A stretch of DNA of 62,677 nt, the filler included, from Sphacelaria rigidula (taxonomy: Eukaryota): assembly GCA_964200075.2 (NCBI GenBank). It is 9 parts of 9 records of this genome, joined end to end, with 100 filler letters (N's around TTAATTAATTAA, not from the genome) between each part and the next. Parts side by side here need not be neighbours in the genome. Positions count along the whole stretch, not along the records: positions 48,828 to 55,702 come from CAXNAA020017632.1; positions 55,803 to 62,677 come from CAXNAA020017633.1; 7 more parts are not named here. One strand, written 5' to 3'. The notes beneath the pieces were generated by a model. That model had not been told where the DNA came from. It ran no database searches and saw nothing but the letters and a program-made list of their open reading frames with translations. Below, piece by piece: positions 49,728 through 62,086 of the stretch. Made by a program: the position numbers and the translations under genes. Every line of letters begins with the position of its first letter. Positions within the stretch are counted from its first letter, which is position 1.

Positions 49728-49964
49728 ATATTCCTCAAGAAGACAGGGCTGAGTGGTTGTATGTTGGAGCTATTGTCATCTTACATTCGGGCCCCGCACG
49801 GATGCGTGTACGCCGTACGAATGGGTGCGCAGGAAAAAGTGCAACGGAATTTCCACGACCCCTCGATTCCGGATACGCGGCCCGAGCTGATATCCAAGTA
49901 CGTCGAGCCGCTAACGGATCCTTTGTGGGACCGGGGATTGCTGCACTTCTACAAGTCACTACAG
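49728..49964 (+). CDS. Alpha/beta hydrolase, internal exon
   Basis: aag acceptor and GTGATA donor. Translates ...FHDPS...ELISKYVEPLTDPLWDRGLLHFYKSLQ (cap region). Confidence 0.75.
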
Positions 49965-50716
49965 GTGATATTCCACCGGTCAGGTGGAGGGAGCGGGGGC
50001 GGGGGGCGGGGGAGTAAGTACCCTTCTGATGTGCTTGATAAGGGTACATGATATCGACTGCATCAACAAGGACAACGTGACCAAACACGAATTTCCGACC
50101 AAGGTTGGGGCGCATCAATGGCGGTGCATGCAGAGATGGAACTAAACTTCGAATTTAGGATGATAGTTGGTAAGTCTCAGACTCTCCTTCATGTTGCCAT
50201 CCGTGGCGACCGGGGGGGGGGGCATGTCGATTTTATACTCGAAACATGGAAAATCATGCGTGTGTCAACCATGGGCTCCATCGCACAAGCCCTACTGTGA
50301 CAGCATCACCCCCACCCTCTCGTGCTGTGACATCCCACCCGGAGGCCGTGAGGTGTGTGTGTGTGTGTATGTGTGTGTTCGAAATGCTTCATCGACCGAG
50401 GAGGTTGGCAGTAAGAAAGGACAATGGGAGTACAAAAGTAGGGGATGCATGATGAAATGGCTCTTTCATAGTGTACTGCACACATGACCTTTCGCTCGTT
50501 GCATTGAATTTTTTTTGTTATTCATAGTTTTATTTATTTGTCGCACTTTGATCGAAGGAACTGCGAAATTTTGAAGGGTACGTTGCTCCTGCTTTATGCT
50601 GCTGCTACACGAGAACCCGACTATTTACTATTTATCCAGGCTTCATTGTGTTAATTGACAACGCCGTTTCCCCCTGTGCTCCTGTTGCGTGTCTACCCCG
50701 CCGCTGCCGATCTCAG

Positions 50717-50821
50717 GGCGAAGTGCAGCCCGGAGAGCAGTTGCTGTCCAGCACGCTAGAGGTGTGGAAGGGACCCTCGATGATTGTCACGGGAGATAAC
50801 GACCCCACCGTGCCGACTCAG
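50717..50821 (+). CDS. Alpha/beta hydrolase exon (catalytic Asp)
   Basis: Translates ...PSMIVTGDNDPTVPTQ. Confidence 0.85.
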
Positions 50822-51538
50822 GTGCACACCGAAATACTGTGTTCATAGTACGATCATCTACGGAGGGCGTTCATCAGTTTTTAATTTTGTCCTTTTTTTT
50901 ACCTGCATTCGCCACACCGCCGACATTTTTTTCATGCGTCAAATGGAAAACTTGATTTTGCAAAGGCCATTTTTTTTCATATTCTCCTGCTTTGCATAGC
51001 AGCTGCGGCCTTTCCGTAGTCCCTCCCCCCTCCGCGGCTATCTCCGGAAGTGGCGATACCAGAAACTGAAACAATTCATTGGAGGCTGCTACCCAAATGC
51101 AAGATAAATCAGTACGCTTCGGACCGAACAATCTTAACCGGGTGCAGTTCACCCTTCGTGCGACTCGCCGAACACACCACGCCGCTTCGCGCTTGGTGGT
51201 TGAGTGCGAGCTTGGTCCGGCGAAAATCCGGCGTGCTCCGTCCCAGCTTCGTAGGGATGCGAGATCAATGGTCTTATGACTATGGCATGCATGATTATGA
51301 GTACACCCGCCCCCCCCCCCTCCGCCCTAACGACGAAACAGGAAGGGGATGAGATGTTTAACAGGTTCTCGCGTCATGTCTGGAAAAAACGTCTTGAGCG
51401 CCCAAATGTTGGAGGTGTTTTTATTAGGGGTAGGTACGGTACTTCGACTTGAAAGGGATGCGTGGTCAACAGTCAAATGACTAAGGCAAGCAACAAATGA
51501 GCACCCCCCGCCCTCCCCCCCAACGCCTCTCAAAACAG

Positions 51539-51625
51539 TCGAGCGTATACGTGGCGGAGGAGATGGAGGGGCGCCTGGTCGTGATGGAATCTTGTGCGCA
51601 CATACCCATGGACGAAAAACCGGAG
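51539..51625 (+). CDS. Alpha/beta hydrolase exon (catalytic His)
   Basis: Translates SSVYVAEEMEGRLVVMESCAHIPMDEKPE. Confidence 0.85.
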
Positions 51626-52060
51626 GTACTGCAAGCGATTTTCGTCTCCCAGTCAGGCGGGGTCCTTTTTTGTCCTTTCTATCCTCACAAGTATTATGAT
51701 TGATTCGTATCGATTCGTCGTGCTGCAGACTTCGCAGCGGTTGTGTGGGGGTGTGTGTGCTCATTTGTTGCTTGTCTTCGTCGTTCGGCCATTGACCACG
51801 CATCCCTTTCGAGACGGAGCGTGTCAGAGTGGGAGGGCGGGGTTGGAGGTGCACATTCCACGTTTGGATCAGCATCACCTTCTCAGCAATTTGTTGGCGG
51901 GTATGCGAGTTGTACAATAGTAGCAGTCTCGAAGCCCGCATGCTGAAAGGAGGCGTTTTTTTCTTTCTTTTTGCTCCATGCCCGATCAAGATGATTTTTG
52001 TCGGTGATGTAATATTGCCTCGCTCTGCGCGTTGGTCTCTTCCGCTTCTTATTGGAAAAG

Positions 52061-52162
52061 GTATTCACGTCCGCGGTGTTGAGCTTCGCCGATAGCGACG
52101 ACGTTCGAGATGCCTGGGGTGCGGATGATGAGCGCGCGAAGGCGAAGAAGGCGCGGCGATAG
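52061..52162 (+). CDS. Alpha/beta hydrolase, terminal exon
   Basis: aag acceptor. Translates VFTSAVLSFADSDDVRDAWGADDERAKAKKARR*. Confidence 0.75.
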   Translation, partial: VFTSAVLSFADSDDVRDAWGADDERAKAKKARR

Positions 52163-53379
52163 CACTCGATCGTGAGCACAAGACGAAGGCCAGAGGGGTA
52201 AAAATAAATGACACGCGGGAGCGACATTTGAAGAGCACGCGTGCGTGATGGTGCGGGGCATCCGGAAGAGAAGGCGCGCTTTTGCAAGTATTAAGCCAAG
52301 ACGATAGCGCTGCCAACCAAGTGGATACCCCCCCTTCCTCCCCCCTTCCCCTCGACGTGTGATTGGAGCGGAGACGTTGACTATATAATCTTGCCACGAG
52401 CACGGGTGCTTTGATATAGTTCCCTATTTATGTTACTTGATTTCCGTGGATGTTTTTTTTTTCGTTTGGCAAATCGCCCGTGAATGTTTTCTTTGCTTGC
52501 ATATCCTTCCCCGTAGACATTCTGTCCGTCGCAGTTTAAACGGAGTGAAGACGCGTAAGCCCAAACACCATTTTTAGTTCGGACAGTTCAACGGCAGAAA
52601 TCGTCTACCCGGATGCTGTACAGGTTGTACAGGCTTTTTGTACAGTGTAAGTAGGAGGTGGGTGTCCGGTGTGTTCACGTGTTGCGACTTCTCGTCGATA
52701 CGTCTTGTAACTTGAGTGTGGTGTGTGCACGCACGTGTGTGTGTCTTACATAATTCCGTGTCGGGTGGACTTATGTGCGTCGAGTCGAGAGCAAAATTGA
52801 TCCTTCCGTCTATTTGCGTACCCTAGCTGTTGTGGTTCTTGGATTATTTTGTGATCGGTTCGTGCTCTCCCAACGGTTTGTGAAGGAGAGGAGTGAAAAC
52901 AGTCTCCCCCTACTCCCGTGCCCTCCGAAGACGTCCCGCACACTCACGAGCTCACGAGCATGACTTGTGCATGATGTCCCTGGTATTGTCGGGCAGAGCG
53001 CACTAGCCAACGCAGTTTTGGCAAAAGCTGCATTGCGTCTGTCTGAAATCGGCAATGTAGCTAGCACCTGTGCTGCTGCCGGGATTCCTACTGGCGAGCC
53101 AGGTGGTTGTTAGATATAGGTTTTTGCCGATGTCCCAGAAAATAATTCAAACCGCTCTTTCCCTCACTGGTGTGTCCTAGATGTCTGTCGATGTAGACAG
53201 TTCCCGAAACACGTCCTCTTTTACGCAGCGTGTGACTTCCTCCTCTGGTATGTAATCCCTAGCACCGATAAGGGGATTGGGTCTGTCGGCGAAAATAGAA
53301 GAAATGTGTGTCATTTTACCGACACGGGTCACCGCGGGATCGCCCAACTCTGACGTGTTGGTATCAGCTCGTAGTGCAA

Positions 53380-53960
53380 ATCTCGTACCACTTGATGTAT
53401 CTACATGTAGGCAAGATGATTTCGTGAGCCCTCCTATGTTTCATTGGTAGCTACCGCCTTTTACGGCATGCGCAAGTCAATGTTGCATTTTCAGACAACC
53501 TGCAACAGGAAAAACGCCAAACCCGCCGAAGTTCCTAAATTATGTATAACACGATCCTGTTGAAGACATGTCTATACCGATCTCAGCTCACAGTTCGAAT
53601 CTCGCGCCACTCCATACATCCCTGTGTAGGCAAGATGATTTCGTGAGCTCTGTCTTGTGAGCAGCGATCGTCTCCAGTGACACGAAAGTCGATTTTGCGT
53701 ATTCAGACAGTAGAAACGACGAGCCTGCCGTAGATCTTGAGTAAACACGATCCTGTTACGGTCGTGTCTATACCAATGTGCCACCCCTTGGTCGATCGCT
53801 TCCCAAAGGTTGATGTCAGCCCACCGTGGCTATGTCGCGCCACTTCATGCATCTTTGTATAGGCAATATGATTGCGTGAGCTATCCTGGTTTTTGAGCAG
53901 CTATCATCTCCTGCTGCACGTGAAAATCTACTGTGAGTTCTCAGACGGAATCTGTCACAG
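53380..53960. repeat. Three diverged tandem units of about 220 bp
   Basis: The motif gtaggcaagatgatttcgtgagc recurs at about 53408, 53626 and 53858. Confidence 0.65.
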
Positions 53961-55802
53961 ATTTTCAATAAAATACGAACCTGTTCAAGTTGCGCTGTTC
54001 CACCTTGGGTTTCTCAATTCAAGTTTCAAGCTGACCTATACCGCGGAGCGTCAACTGACTACAACGCCATCACGGATCACCAGACCGGCACATACGGCTC
54101 GTTCAGCCTTTCAGAACGTGTTGGAACGCCAGATACTCACTATTCACTACACGCCCTTCCGGTCGCTCGAACACGTCTTACCGTACAAAATTGGAAATTA
54201 GTGCTGCACCTGGGCAACAGCACCCGAAGAAGACACAGCGGCTGCATTGCTATCACGCGACTTTTTCAACTTTTCATCATGTATATACTGTTACTGCTGG
54301 CACACAGTACCTGCAGCCTCTTTTGGCAGAGGGTTTTACTAGAGCCTACTAAGAAACAGCAGAGGGGGGTGTAGGGTCGGAAGGGGCGTGAAAAGCTCGG
54401 CAGTCAGTAGAAGGGGGAGTGCATTAACGAATTAACGCCCTATGTGCGTAATATAGACCATGACGATTGAGTGGCTGTTCTGGCAACATACAGTAGTACA
54501 GTGCTACAGCAGTGTTGTAGTCGTAGGAGGTGGACAATATGCACTTTCATCCCTGCAGTCCTGGAGAGCTTCGCCACGTGATGAAAACCTAGTGAAATAC
54601 AGTAGTAGTATGAGTGATGTACAGTATGCAATGAGCCAAACATGATTCTTGACAATCGCTCCAAGATCGCTCTGGTAAAAAATGCACACCCTGGACAAAA
54701 GATTATATTGTAAAAAAATGTACTGCGTACAGTATGGAATCTTTTGTCTATTGCAATAGGCTTAATAGTCGATACTGTACGCAGTAAACTTTTTAGCTGT
54801 GTATTCTTCTGTCCAAGGTGTGAAAAAATGCTGTATTGGATGCCTGTGCAAAAAAATAAGAATATCAAAATCAGGCGTTTGGCGGTTTGCACGTTATCGA
54901 ACACTAAGAATTTGGCTTTAAGCATTTCTGCCAGAGTTGGAGAGAAAATATGACCCGGAGCCTCGCTCAAAATAAGAGTTCCTTGACGTCTGTCGCGCTC
55001 TGTACTGCTACTACTGCTACTAACACGGGATCTTACAAATGGATCTTTTACTGGGGATGAGAAACCCGGAGAACTGAAATCTTCGTATTCACACCAAATC
55101 TTCGACATATGGTTCCATTTCTTCACCTACTGCTGATAGCCAATGACAACTGCTACACGCCACAGAAATTTGGATCCCGATCACCGAAATGTTGGGGTCC
55201 TAGTTGAAAAACCAATTTCGGAATATTTTTGCGTTCGTTCGGACACCCGACATTCCCCGAAATTGGATTTTCACCTCAGGCCTGTCACGGTTTAAGATAC
55301 AACCAACTAGACTACTGATCAGCTAGCGCTGACTGGTCAGTATTCTAGTTGGTTGTCTCTTAAATCGTCTCAAAACTGAGTTGCTGGTTCGATTTCCGTC
55401 GAACGCACTTTCTTTGAAGAAGAAAGAGGAGAGAAAACCTATGTGCCTTCCAAGCTGCAAAGTGTTCCAAGCGCATGGTTTTCTAATACGAACAGTAATT
55501 TGTCGAATTCTGTTCCGTTGTTCGAGCAGTGTTCGACGCCGATGCCCGAAAAGTTTCGTTTTGCTGTTGGACAGTTTCTTCTGATGTTCAACTGGACCTG
55601 AAGCGGACACCTTCCCTCAGGTTTTCAGAACCGTTTGCATCTTGTGCATATAAACAGCGAATCATCTATATTGAGGATGGTGCTTTTTGTTGAGGATGAA
55701 ACNNNNNNNNNNNNNNNNNNNNNNNNNNNNNNNNNNNNNNNNNNNNTTAATTAATTAANNNNNNNNNNNNNNNNNNNNNNNNNNNNNNNNNNNNNNNNNN
55801 NN

Positions 55803-56092
55803 GGCTTCCAGAGAGGATTTGGACAGTTTCACTGAGTTACAGTTGGACGTGTTTCATGTCTTGTGGGAATTATATCAACCGCAGACCAGGCCCCGTCCAT
55901 CCGATACACCATCTCGAGCAGAGAGGGGCCCAATTGCGCGGTAGATTCTCCGATGTACCAAGATCCGCAAACGGTTTACGAACAGCCCAGAGCGGTCAAC
56001 AAGATCAGGGACTTGTGCATCTAGAATCTTTAGGAGTTCCTGAATCAGACAAAATTTCGCGGAAAAAGTGCACCCCTACCGTAGCATTGCTC
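55803..56092 (-). mobile_element. Sola2-like DNA transposon end inserted in the gypsy RNase H (truncated by the contig edge)
   Basis: Ends cccctaccgtagcattgctc, the exact reverse complement of the left TIR at 56571. The subterminal sequence is also shared. Confidence 0.75.
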
Positions 56093-56570
56093 GCCTTCCA
56101 GTTCTAGCGGGCTCCAATTGGCCTCGTTGGGCAGGGTAGCGCGGCTGATATAGGGGATGGGTCGGACGGAGCCATCAACCTGAGGTTGATTCAAAACTCC
56201 TCCAAATCCGTTTGTGCTGGCGTCAGTGTGGCGTTGGAAAAGGCGGGAACCATCTTGTACTGCCTCCCAATCAGAAAAGCAGAGTACCGGCATTTCGGTA
56301 AGCGTCTTGAGTAATTCGCGGGTGATAGTCTCCATTTCTATGGTGAAAGAAAACACGGCTCCTTTCTTGAGTAACTCAGTAAGGGGGCGAATCCGTTTCG
56401 ATAAATTCGGTAAAAATTTGCGGGAGTAGGATAGTCCGCCAAACAATGAGCGAAGTTGAGCAATGTTAGTTGGCATCGGCAAGTTAGTCCTCGCCTTGAC
56501 TTTGTTTGTATCCGGATGCAGGCCTGCTGGTGAAATGGAATGCCCCAGGAAATCCAAGTCAGTCGCGCCA

Positions 56571-56827
56571 GAGCAATGCTACGGTAGGGGTGCACTTTTT
56601 TCGCGAAAATATGTCTAGTTCACGGGCTCCTAACGATTCTAGATGCACGAAAATATGAATAAGGATATCCTCGTTCACAAATTCATTCGGGATATCTCCG
56701 GCACATTGGAAAAGTAATCCTGCCGTACTTTCACATATTTTTATAGGTCGTGTTTTGCATGAGATAAAGGGCTCCTAACAATTCTAACCTCAGAAAATAT
56801 TTCCGTACCCCTACCGTAGCATCACTC
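56571..56827. mobile_element. Non-autonomous Sola2-like element, 257 bp, inserted in the gypsy RT
   Basis: 20-bp TIRs GAGCAATGCTACGGTAGGGG and CCCCTACCGTAGCATCACTC with a 4-bp TSD, GCCA. Removal restores KARLG-ATDLDFLGH. Confidence 0.85.
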
Positions 56828-58663
56828 GCCAAGGCGAGCTTTGGATGGGGACAGTTTCAAATCGTGTGTGCGTAGGCGAGAGAGAAATTCCCGTGGAGTG
56901 CGGATATGTGCAATTGGTGAGGCATCAGAAGCGATAGCGTCATCCAGGTACATGATGATGTGCTCGAGGCCCTCGGTGACGCGCTGCATCAAGCGTTGGA
57001 AGCATCCCGGGGCAGTGGCGGCGCCTTGTGGCATCCGAAGCCATTCATAGAGTCCGGACGAGGTACAAAAGGCCGTCAGTGGGACTGTGTCAGGATGTAA
57101 AACATTCTGAAAAAATCCGGATGCGAAGGTCGAAGGTGCTGAATATTTTTCCTTCGCCGAAGGAGTCGAAGACTTCATCAATGCGGGGAATTGGAAGTTT
57201 ACCGACTACAGTGACGCGGTTCAACTGTTGATAATTCACGGTTATGCGCTTGTTTCCATCCTTTTTGGGGACGACCACGAGTGGCGAGGCGCAAGGAGAG
57301 GAGGAATGTTGTATGAATCCCGCTCCCAAATAAGCATCCAATATGGCGTTAACTTTCTTGGTAAGGATGGGGTTGGTACGGTATGGCCGAGAAGAAATCG
57401 GCGAGACGCCGGGTTGGAGGGTAACCTCAAAGGGCAGCGTTTTGCAATGCCCAAGGTCCGTCTTGGATAGGGAAAATCGGTCTTGGTACTGTAGAAGGAC
57501 ATCACTGAGTTCTTGGATGACTGCCGGTTCCCAGCCGGGCCCATGAAGGTCAAAATTGATGTCGCGCGTGTGTGGCGGGAGTTGGTTCCACATGGGCAAG
57601 AAACTATTCCGAGAATCTGATGATGAGCGTTGAAGCACTTCAGCAGGAGGATCGGAATTTGACTGGGCAGGATCCACGGTGTGGTCCTGGGGTGGAATCG
57701 CAGAGGCGAGGTCGAAATAATATTCATCGACACAGTGGACGGATCCTGCCGGGGATGTGGCGTTTGGCGCGGCAGGCTCTGTTACGCACGTGTCGAGTGG
57801 GATGTGCATCAGGGGAGCAGCGGCGATCCCTAAAACATCGCCGGGTTCCAAGTTAGCATGACCCGTAAGAGGGAGGAATTGTTGTCCCGCCGAAACAAAA
57901 TGTTCTGTGTCGGCTGGTGCGCCAATACGGGGTAACGTTTCGGCAAGATAATAACCCGTAAGTGCTGGCATGCCATTTCGGCGAACTAGTGCAACTTCTA
58001 GAAGTTGAGGGTCGTCGGAGAGTGTAATACCAACGCTACCGTTGTATCGTAGGTGGTAAGAAGCTCCGGTTGCTTGAGTATTCTTCTGGTAGGCCAGGGC
58101 GCCGTGGAGAGTACCAAAGTGCTCGAGGTTGAATTCTCCAGGAGGCGTGGAATGTGGCGATAGTGGTGGAAGCGTGCGGTAGCTTCGTTTATTAAACCGC
58201 ATATAGCTGTCTCTGCCCAAAAATATGGCGTGGTGCATCGTGCTGTCGGGGAAAATGTATGCCCAGACTGCCAGGCTGGCAAATCGAGTAGTGTTGTGAA
58301 AGAATTGCACACTGAGACGTACGGATCTTCGTGTCGTCAGGGGTGCGGCAGAATCACCGAAACCGCCCCATATGCGAAGTTGGGTGGTGGTTTCGCAAGC
58401 TGCAGTAGCAGCGCCAGTCTGTTTCATGTGTTTCCATGTTGATTCTCGAATAAACGTTTGCGGGCTGCCGCTGTCCAACAAGGATACGCATCTCGTAGGT
58501 GTGGTAGCGTTTGGACCAGAACGGATCGCAACGCGTGTGGTGAAAGTGGCCGGATCCACAGACACTTTACCGCCAACAAGGTCCGGACCGTGTTTCGGTA
58601 AGGTAAATTGGTCAGGAACCAGCGGAGCTGACAGCAAAGACGCATGGCGGGTGATCCGCTGGT

Positions 58664-58912
58664 GACACTTTCTACGATAGCCCCCGCCCCAAAAGTGCAT
58701 GGTTTTGGGAGGGAAAATCTTCACGTAAATCGAAGTGGGAAAAGCCGAGCACAACGAGCAGCTGGGAATTTCCACGCTTGGGTTCGTTCTCGCCAATGTT
58801 GCCAATACGAGGCGCTTCATGCAGCCTGAACCCAAACATCGGGCGCTGTATGGTCATCTGTTTCGTGACACTTTTGGCTGGTTTCGGGGGGGGGGCTATC
58901 GTAGAAAGTGTC
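58664..58912. mobile_element. MITE of unassigned superfamily inserted in the gypsy pol
   Basis: Perfect 22-bp TIR GACACTTTCTACGATAGCCCCC. The TSD is TGGT, or CTGGTG if the ends are ACAC. Confidence 0.85.
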
Positions 58913-61194
58913 TGGTGGGTCAGATTTCTCACCAGAGAAGGGGGTGGACGGTATATTACTTCCAGGTGTGGCACGGTCGGAGTGACCATTGGCGATTTCG
59001 TAAATGATCGTCTTTGGTTGACAGGGATCACCGTCGAAGGGGGATCCAGATTGTGCGGGGCTGGAGTCGTCGATTGAAGAAGTAGTGCCGTCAGAATTAT
59101 CTGATTTTATTTCTTCCGGGATACTTGATAGTGCCGTCGAGCTCAAAGTTGTCGCCTTGTGGAGAGATCGAGGTCGAGGATTTCCGCTCGAAAGCGGTGT
59201 ACGTGATGATGCGCGCGTGTCCTTGGGGGCATGCTTACGGGGCTTTCTCTTTCGCCGTGACAAAGGTCGGGGAACTTCCAAAACATTTGGGGATGAAACC
59301 ACAACTGCGTCCAGTTGCGTGGATGGGGTCAGCATCGGGGCATGACGGAGCGAAACTTGTGGGCTGCTTTCCGTAGGCAAGCTTGGCTAGTGGGTCATAG
59401 CCGGAGGTATGTTGGGGCGGTCGTTATTAGAATCGGCCGAAGGTAGGTCCGTGCGTGTTGAAAATCGCGGGGAAGGAGCTCGATTCAACTGATTGAGAAT
59501 TACATTATCCGATGTGGTCAAGTTCAAATCAGCAACACTTGGGTCAGCTGGAGAAGGCTTGCTACTACCCGTGCGTGCGGTCGCTGAGGGAAGCCTTCGC
59601 CTCAGGGACTGGCGGTTGGTCCTCCCACACCTCAGACTTATACTCGGCACTGAAGGACCAAGTTCAAGGCCGAGTGTAGGTCTGAGTCGCGGGGTGACAC
59701 AACTGTTACGCGGTGTGTGGAGGGGTGAAGACGGGGGTCGATATGAACGGCCGTCAGTTGCGCTCCTGCACAGTGCCGGGGGAGCCGGGCGAACAATTTT
59801 AGTCGCGGGCTCTGAGGGCTGTGTTGAAAAATGTGTGGAGGTTGGAGACGGGGTTTGATTTGAACGGCCGTCAGTTACGGTCCTGGATAATGCCGGGGGA
59901 GTCGGGTGAGCAATCGTAGTCACGGACTCCGCGGGCTGTATTGAGAAAAAATTTGCTCGTGCTGTCGGCGGCGCGGAAGACCGTAGAACGCCGGCGTCTG
60001 CACATCATGGATTTATGCGATCTGTAGTGAAGATACTAGGGTTTCTGGTGTTGGGATTCAAGCTTTATGTCGGTCCCGTCCGCTGATGTCTTTCAGCGGA
60101 ACGCTTATTGTCGCGAGAATTTTGATTGTCCTGGCGAGGGCTTGCATTATTATTGTTGTGTCGGCGACCGCGATGAGAGCTTTTGTTGCCACGATGATTC
60201 GAATTGCTACGATAACTTTGATTAGGTGGGCGATAGTCGCGCATGCGTTTTTGCCATCGGCGCCACGCGGGTTCATTGTCCTGCAATTCAGGGTTCATGA
60301 GATCAAAGGTATTTATGCAGGGACTGTCGCAGTCGCGCATACTGTGGTCTTGAACACTACAGTTGATACAACTGTTGGCATGACTGCTGAAGGCATTGCG
60401 TCTAGCAGGAGACGAAAGAAGTGGGTTCCACAAATGGGGATCATCTGTAATGAATGTCGTTGTTGAAGTCAAACAAACATCATCCCAAGCTTCCTCGGAA
60501 GACGGTCAACCATCAAAACTCGCGTTGAATGCATCTCTGGTACTCTGAACATGCATAGCTTAACCGGCGACCGAGTCGGGGGTCCATGAAGCGCGAGATG
60601 AGCTCGAATTCCTGCCGCGAGACCCTTAGGCAGCAGAGGACACAACCGTAGGTTGTGAACGCAGATACGTGGAAGGTTTGCCACGTATGCGGGCGTTAGA
60701 TTACCCTCTTGGTGTTCAAAAGCAGACCACCTAGCATCAACAGAGGCGTAAGGCACCTCGCGATGCGCCAAGACACCCGGAAACAACAACGGCATCAGAG
60801 CTGGATACTGTTGAGCAACGCTATTGCGAACATAAGTCTGACACATTGCATCGCTCGGTCCGTTTTGGCATCCGACATCCGTAGTACCAGAAACCAGAAG
60901 CTTAAATTCGCGGAGATAATCCGCGACGGGGACATCCGATGCGACAGCAGAAGAAATCAGCCTCTGGATGGCGCTGGCTTGGTCACTTTTGTCCAAATAG
61001 CCTATCAAACGCCTCTCCAGATCAGAGAGTAATACCGGGCCTGTCTTCCCCTCGGCACGATCCGAATCCATTTATGTCCTGCCGTCGATGTCAAATGTAA
61101 AGGGGTTACGGTGCTGTTATAGCAACCACAGGCTTACAAGGCAAAGTGGACAGTCGACAGACCGTACAGCCAAGCACCAACCTCACACACAACG

Positions 61195-61545
61195 TGTCAG
61201 GATACCCTCGCCCGCAGTTGTATCTTCTTCTTTATCTTCAGGTCTCCACCTTCCAGTATCCAATCAATCAATCCAATCTCACGCTCAGTCAATCAGTCTC
61301 ACCGATGTTAGACTTCTTTGCTGGAAGAGGGGTGTAGATGGTAGTGCCAGAGGGTGGCTCTCGCTTGCCCAAGGGACGCTCAAGCCATCATCGTCTGTGC
61401 CATATACAAACTCACACTCATACCTGACCATCTCTGAACAGACCTGCAGTCTTGGGTCTTACAACACCCTCATTGCAAATATAAAGCCGGATTCATCAAC
61501 GGGTCTGAGGCGGCATGATAACAGACTCATATCGTCCTCATGACA
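61195..61545 (-). repeat. Candidate 5' LTR of the gypsy element
   Basis: 351 bp bounded by TGTCA...TGACA, just upstream of gag. The second LTR is not in the contig. Confidence 0.45.
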
Positions 61546-61783
61546 ACATGATGATACCTGGACGTTTTGATACTGAAACGAGTCCACCAGTCCCTCCACT
61601 ATCTACCGCAGGGAAATAAATACCACGTCTAAATACAAAATACGTTACCGGCAGAACTTCATTTTATAGTAGATGGCCCAGCCGAGACCACTCCGGGTTC
61701 ACCGTCGAAATCCGAGACGGCACTGTCCCAAACACCGAAAAAAATTGAAACAGGAAGCGCCCTGGACACAGGGCAATTTATTT

Positions 61784-62086
61784 GGGTAGAGTCTTTGAGA
61801 CCATACTCAACCTACTCCAAATTTGAGTAGGGCATTTGAAACCATACCCAACCTAGTCAAAATTTGAGTAGAGTATTTGAGGCCGTACTCGACCTACTCA
61901 AATTGATGGTAGAGTATTGAGGTTATACTCAAGTGATTCTCTATACTCAAGTATTACTGAGAGTGCTTACTCAAAATTTGAGTAGAGTATTTGAGGCCGT
62001 ACTTGACTTACTCAAACGTCTAGTAGAGTAAATACTTGAGTATTTTACTCGAGTACTTAAAAGTACATACTCTACTCGACCTACCC
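61784..62086. repeat. Degenerate tandem array (about 41-bp unit) with an internal palindrome
   Basis: Units such as ccatactcaacctactccaaatttgagtagggcatttgaaa start at 61801, 61842 and 61883. The core is tactcaaaatttgagta. Confidence 0.75.

Larger units (their letters stand above)
56093..61545 (-). mobile_element. Degenerate Ty3/gypsy LTR retrotransposon
   Basis: gag at 60065-61071 with a CINCSVQDHSMRDC knuckle; protease LLDSGS; RT motifs SPLVVVPKKDG, LPIPRIDE, MPQG, YLDD; RNase H TDAS...ELE. Frameshift near 57120. Confidence 0.93.

Noticed and set aside
54440-55126. 228-aa minus-strand ORF
   Set aside because: It lies in AT-rich, repeat-like sequence with no motifs, non-protein-like composition and no convincing splice context.
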